Source: Paragordius varius
Lineage: Eukaryota > Animalia > Nematomorpha
NCBI GenBank assembly: GCA_964247055.1
Contig: OZ176052.1
Coordinates: 11,408,001-11,472,000, forward strand
DNA length: 64,000 nt
Direction: 5' to 3'
The notes below the pieces were generated by a model. It made no database searches and had not been told where the DNA came from. It saw only the letters and a program-made list of their open reading frames with translations. Both the position numbers and the translations under genes were made by a program. Of this stretch, positions 58,201 through 64,000 are shown in pieces. The stretch's first letter is position 1. Each line of letters starts with the position of its first letter.

Positions 58201-58879
58201 TTGCTTAAACGCAAGTTATCCGTTAAAAATCGATCTTTTAATAATGGAAAAATTATTTTTTAATATTAATGCATAAAAATTATTGGTTATTTCACTTATA
58301 TAATTATTAATCATTTTTATCAAAATATTATCATTTTAACTTTAGATCAGGGGGATTTTAACTGTGATTTATAAGCGGCCCACAAAATCTCTAGCTCTAC
58401 TCATTTAAAATATTTATTTGCATATGTAAATAGCTATGCAATTTGTCGGTATTATATGGTGCCCCGGTCTTGAAATAAAAATGATATTTTGTTTTCATAA
58501 TTATTTTTTAGTGAGTACCGCTGCTTTAAGACATTAAAAAAATATATTCTTTATTTTGATGGCCTAAACTTTTCCATTTTGCCATAGAATTTTGAGAAAA
58601 AGAGTTGTTCGTCTCCAAATTTAAGTAGATTTTTCAAAACACATTTTACATCTTTTGTTAAATATGAAGGCAAACAAATTTTCTAATCGAAATTTCGAAG
58701 ACATAGAGATGTTTCGATTATCAAGTTATAAAAAATGATATATATATCTTAAAGTGCTTTTATACCGTTTTACCATACTCAAATAAGATAAAACACGATT
58801 TATGCTAATTATTTTTTTAAAAATATATAATTTTTCAAAAACGATATATGTTATATAACTTGAAAATTACTATCGTGCA

Positions 58880-59178
58880 CTTTTATGCATTTAATTTTAA
58901 GAAATCTGCCTCAAATTAAACTTTCGGAGCCCACATCTCCAAATTAATGCACAAAAATTTTTAATTTTTAAATGATTTTTGGAATAAAGCATTTATTTTT
59001 CCATCAAAAAATTTTATTCATTATAATGCATGCCAATATTCCAATTTTTTAATATTCAACAATTACCGTAAAAGTTTAGATATTTTTTCTTTCGTAAAGC
59101 ACAAAGCCAACAGCACCATGAAAATCCTAAAGCATCTTCTCTATATATTTTATCACGCTAATAATTTATGTGCACGTG
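58880..59178. mobile_element. Family B right-arm remnant
   Basis: CTTTCGGAGCCCACAT, CCATCAAAAATTTTATT, CAGCACCATGAAAATCCT and TTATGTGCACGTG. Confidence 0.5.
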
Positions 59179-59446
59179 TTAATGTAGGACCTCATTGGTG
59201 AATTTTGATTCTCTGATTTTAAAAAAGTTGTTTTGTGCCATGTTTTTTTTAAATTCAGTTTTATTTGGCAAAAATAAATTATTTCATTTTTTAACATTCC
59301 ATTACCTTTTAGGCAATTTTATATCCCAGAACAATTTGAAATTTGAATATCATAAAAAATATTTAAGCTAATAATCCGAATTAAAAACATGCTTTCTTTA
59401 GTAGGTTTTTTTAAAAATGTAACATTATTAAAAATTCCTCATTTAA

Positions 59447-59980
59447 CACTTCGATTCAAATTGGGTTATCTCAATACCCCAGACTAAATTTAAATTATTT
59501 TTAAAAAACTACTGGAAATGTCTCAAATTATGCTTTTAGCCTAATAAAAATTAATTAATAAACCAAAATAGTTAAATTTCGTTTTGAAAAAAAAGTTTCA
59601 TGTCAAACTACTTCGACTATTTTACAAATTTTTTGCAAAAATTGTGTTCATTTTATGTTAAAAGTAAAGTTAAAGCTAATTTTTTTATATAAACTACATT
59701 TAGCAGTGACAGAAATAGAAAAAGTGGTGAATTTGTATTATTTTTCAATTTAGCCGGTGCACACATGTTATATTAATAAATTTTTACATTTGGATTTTAC
59801 ATTAAGTATCAAGTATTTTTGAATAATATTTATATATTTCGGTTTATTAATGTTATATAAGTGCAAAATTTTGCCATGGCTTCTATTCTCTATATTTTAT
59901 AAAGTATTTAATTTTAAACAGGCCTGGTGTATCCACTACCCCAATTTGGATCGAAGGAAATGAATGTGCTGTATCTAGTG
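59447..59980. mobile_element. piggyBac-like MITE, copy 2
   Basis: TTAA|CACTTCGATTCAAATTGGG ... GTATCTAGTG|TTAT. Collinear with 39870-40434 along its length. Confidence 0.72.
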
Positions 59981-60915
59981 TTATTTTGCCGCATTTTTTT
60001 CTATAATTTTTTTTGAATCGCTTAACAAGCAAATAAATGTATAGGTTCGAAAATGTAAATACTTAAAAAAAGTTTTTAACTACATTTTACGAGAAAAAAC
60101 TTATATTTTAAAATTTTAATCAGCTATTCGTTTCAATCCTGTTTTGGAGCTGTCTTAACTTTGGACTTTCAAGTCCCAAAACTATAAAAAATATAAACTA
60201 TAATACATAAAAAAAATCTTTAATAAAATTTTAATAAAACTATCAAAAGTATTGTTTAATTGGCTGTGGGATATAAGACTACTGGAAAGAGAAACTAAGA
60301 TTTAAAAGTGAAAAGGTAATGGTGTTAAAAATATATTTCTATTATATTACATATGATCGGCTTTTAATTGTTCTTTCACATGTATTTAAATTATCAAGAC
60401 TTGTAATTTTGAAACTGTGCGACATTCCAATCCTAAAATTATTTATTCCACCAAACTTTTAAACCACCAAACGTATATTTGTTTGAGCTAAGGTTAAATT
60501 ATTTTTATAATTATTTGTTTATCTACTAAAATAAAGGATACTCGTGCAAAAATTTACAATTAGATAACTGTTAAAATGACAATTTTATAAATTTTACTAA
60601 AATTAATATGTCTAATTTACATTTAATGAATTTAACTGCCTACTAATAAAAGAAAATTGAAAAAATATTATACTAAAATTTTATATACGTTTATATTAAT
60701 AATTTTCAGTTAAACTATAAAAACTTATATTTTCAATAAAACCACTGATTTATAAAACTATTACTAACAATTATCTATTAACATTTGATCGTATTAATCT
60801 TTTTAGCTTTTGGATTTTATCATAAACATCTGTGTCCACACTAACAAAATTCAAATTTGCTCGCCTTTTATATTACTTTTTAGACTTTGATTGTTGTGCT
60901 TTCCGAAAATAGCGT

Positions 60916-63900
60916 ATGGCTCTTTCTTTGTATGGTCTTAGATGTGATGGTCGGAAGCCAGCTGAGATTCGAAAAATGCGAGCTAAATTTGGAATTAGCC
61001 CAAATGCCAATGGAAGTCTTTTGTATGAACAAGGAAACACAAAAGTCCTGGCTAACGTGGTTGGACCTCATCAGGTTTTTTTTCCGAAAATCCGGTTGTA
61101 AAAACGGTCAAAAATATTATTGCGATCTTACCTTTATAAAACATACAACTGGTTCTAGAAAACCGAGTTTAAAAAGATTTCAAAAAACGAATGAATTTGA
61201 CACACTGGAAAATATATTTGAAAATAAATTTTATTTTGCGAAGTATTAGATTAAAATTGGTTTATTGTATAGAGACTAATTATATAATTTGTATTAATGG
61301 TAAAAAGCGTGAATCATTATTATGCATACTTTACTGGCTTTATTTAAAAACGACCTGCTCGGGGGCTTAATAGCCAACTGAATCAAACTACGATTACTTT
61401 TAAAGATAATAAAGTTTTGAAGTTTGATTTGATTTTTTAAAAAACCCAAGTTTTTACTAATATGTAAATATTCAGTACCTAACAATAGATGGATAGTAGC
61501 ATTAAAAATACGAAACTACACTTTACCTCTAGCCTTTTTTGTTCAAATCTAGGGGCGCCCTAAAACTCATAAAAATGTTTTTTATGTATTTTCCAACTAT
61601 TACTGGTTGACATAAAACATTTTTGTGTGGATACCGTACGATAATAGGTTTGAATGTCTATGGAAACAAAATATATATGCAAACGAGCCATAATGTGATG
61701 ATGGTAACTGTTTTGCTGTTATACAAAATACCGTATAATTTGTAATTTTTCTGTTTGCATTAAAGGATAAAACGTTTATGTTATAAAAAAGGAATCTATA
61801 TTAATCCGATATTTAATAAATATACATTCACTAATATAGATTATTTTGGTTAATATAAAATTAATTGTGTAGATTGGGAAATCATCAGTGGCTGGGATAT
61901 CGTCTGCTACATCTGCAAGCGCCTTGAATTACAATATAAACTGTGATAATTCTATTAGTACAAATAATGTGTCTATTTGTGTTTCTATTACGGCCCCAAC
62001 ATTTAGTTCTTCGAGGATTCCCAAAGATCCCAAAGATCCCAAAAATCAAAAACAACAACTGAATACAGATTCTTCAACAGCTGTTTTGCATCACAGTGGG
62101 GGCGCAAAATTTGCTTACCTTGCCGCTCAGCTGGAACAAGCCCTTTACCTCGTGGTACAAACTGAAATGCTCCCTCGAAACTCTCAAATTGACGTTTTTA
62201 TCGAGGTTATTTTTCGTAATTTATTGAATGTTAAAATAAATAAATGTAAACTAATCATAATTGTTTTAATTTTTAACACAAAACTGAATTGATTAAAATA
62301 TGAAACCAAACTTATTTATTTTTACGGAGACAAAAAGTTTTAAAACTTGAAAATTATAGTAGATTTTTTACCAAAATTTTCGTTTTATACATATTAAGGG
62401 TAAGTATAAAATATTGGTCTTACTTTCATAGATGGTTTTATTTGGATACAAATGTTTTTTTGTTACAATTTTGTTATAGAATTATGTTAGAATTGAATTT
62501 TTAAATTTTAACTTTAGATTCCAGTTATTATTTCCATTATATATAATACGAAAAATTTATAAAGACACATTAAAATGATGAATTTTTATGTGTTGATTTT
62601 CAATTTTTTGAATTTAACAAATTTTCAACTTAAGTTTTTACACGCAGAAGCTTTTGGTTTCGTTTAAAATTTATATTTTTTTATTCTATTCCCATGATTT
62701 AGTTAACTTCTTTATGGACTATATTATAGATTTTATGGTATTTGTTAAAACTTTTAAATTAACAATTCCACGATTTATGTCGAATGTTCTAACACGCAGT
62801 AGTCTAAAAAAATGACGATTCAAAAAAGTTCTTTTCATGGATTCTAATTCTATAAGGCTTACCGTGATTTTGCTTGACTATGTTTGGTGCATTTCATAAT
62901 TGTAAAATATCCATTTTTCATTTTGAAGGATTTTATCTATTTAATGGAAAAAGCTTTAAAGATACTATTATGGCCACGTAGTTCAATAGATAAGATGTTA
63001 GCTTACACACTATTTAAGGGCCTAGCTATGATTAGTTCATTTATTAATAAAACATTCATTAGTGAATATAAATTGGCATAAACGTTTATTAAACATTTAC
63101 AAAGCTAAAATTTATATTATTATCATAAAGTTTTCACATATTTTACAAGTATTATTTTTAGATTCTGCAGTTGGATGGAGGCCTCATGTGTGCATGCGCA
63201 AACGGGGCCTCGTTGGCCCTTTTAGATGCGGGAATTCCCATGGCCGCCATTTTATCGTCTGCAAATATTGGAATACATTTTCAGACGCCTCAATATACAA
63301 ATTATTTTATGGAGGAAAATATTGTAAATGATGATGATACTAATAATTATATGAGCGATAATGATAACAATGATAAAAATAATTTAAATGAATCCAACTT
63401 AAAACTAAATAATCATAATATATATCCAAATGAAGATAATCCAAATTTAAATACTAACAAAACTCTTATCCCCAAAAATGAAAAAATTAATGTTGGCACT
63501 AACAATGAGGCAAAAAATAAAATTAGCACAACTAACATTAATAATGTTAAAAAGTTAATCATTGATAATGAAAAAGGTAAAATTTCAATGGGGGAAAAGG
63601 AGATGGATTTATATTCCTTGGGTACTTTGGAAAAAACATCTGATGATGACGATAAATCTTTTGACGAGGAATCTGGTAATGCATTAATTTGTATACAAAT
63701 GTGTGAATCTTATTAATCGGTAAAATTTGTATAATAGCATTTTTTTTCAAATTGTTAATTTAACTTATATATAATTATTTTAATGTGACTTTTTATGAGT
63801 AACCATTTTATTTCTTATTTTATAATTATTTCGATTAATTTTTTAATCTTGCTGTAAAATTAATAGTTTAATTTCCATTCAATGACTTGACTATTATATC

Positions 63901-64000
63901 CCATATTCTATGATTTATATTTATCGTTTTTGTTCAACCTAATTTGTAACAGATGATGAAAACTTTTCCGAATTCGGTAACACCCGATTCCCAGCTGCTA
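60916..64000 (+). CDS. EXOSC4: Exosome complex component Rrp41 (RNase PH-like); 3' end runs off the right edge
   Basis: Exon 60916-61074 reads GLRCDGRKPAEIRKMRAKFG..GSLLYEQGNTKVLANVVGPHQ. Exon about 61873-62205 reads ..CVSITAPTFSS..LEQAL..EMLPRNSQIDVFIE. Exon about 63163-63676 reads ILQLDGGLMCACANGASLALLDAGIPM followed by a long Asn-rich insert. A further exon starts at about 63953. Confidence 0.92.

Noticed and set aside
56411-58214. Long repetitive ORFs (LEKMLRL, FFQANAT, KKCCVCL and FFKQTQH repeats) as coiled-coil or cysteine-rich proteins
   Set aside because: They are by-products of a stop-free 21-bp unit that is open in several frames on both strands. The array sits in inverted, non-coding arms with no gene structure.
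61696-61760. Possible C/D snoRNA in EXOSC4 intron 1 (GTGATGA at about 61696)
   Set aside because: There is no CTGA D box at a suitable distance and no convincing rRNA-complementary guide.

Overview
This is very AT-rich, intron-containing eukaryotic DNA from an animal genome. The gene families, 23-29 nt introns and Asn-rich insertions suggest a reduced or parasitic metazoan such as a myxozoan or orthonectid, but I cannot identify the species. Genes reconstructed by hand from splice sites and family motifs, in order: SLC44A1/CTL1-like choline transporter (-, runs off the left edge), head-to-head with MED8 (+); an ADAMTS-like secreted M12B metalloprotease (+); MPV17L2 (-), head-to-head with mitochondrial ATP synthase beta (+); a GPR158/179-like class C GPCR (-); a two-exon orphan gene (-); NRBP pseudokinase (-); an unidentified multi-exon gene (+); and EXOSC4/Rrp41 (+, runs off the right edge). 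Intergenic DNA and long introns hold decayed Mos1-like mariners and several non-autonomous families: TA-flanked Tc1-like MITEs, a TTAA-flanked piggyBac-like MITE, a long-TIR palindromic element, and a foldback element with 21-bp tandem arrays in its arms. The most notable features missing from the ORF track are three box C/D snoRNAs in ATP synthase beta introns (guides match recalled SNORD60, SNORD81 and SNORD32A targets), two bidirectional gene pairs with under 100 bp between start codons, 5'-clustered micro-introns, a GC-AG intron in NRBP, and the foldback/minisatellite complex at 56.5-58.2 kb. No CRISPR, rRNA or tRNA gene was found. Coordinates were counted by hand and may be off by a few bases.
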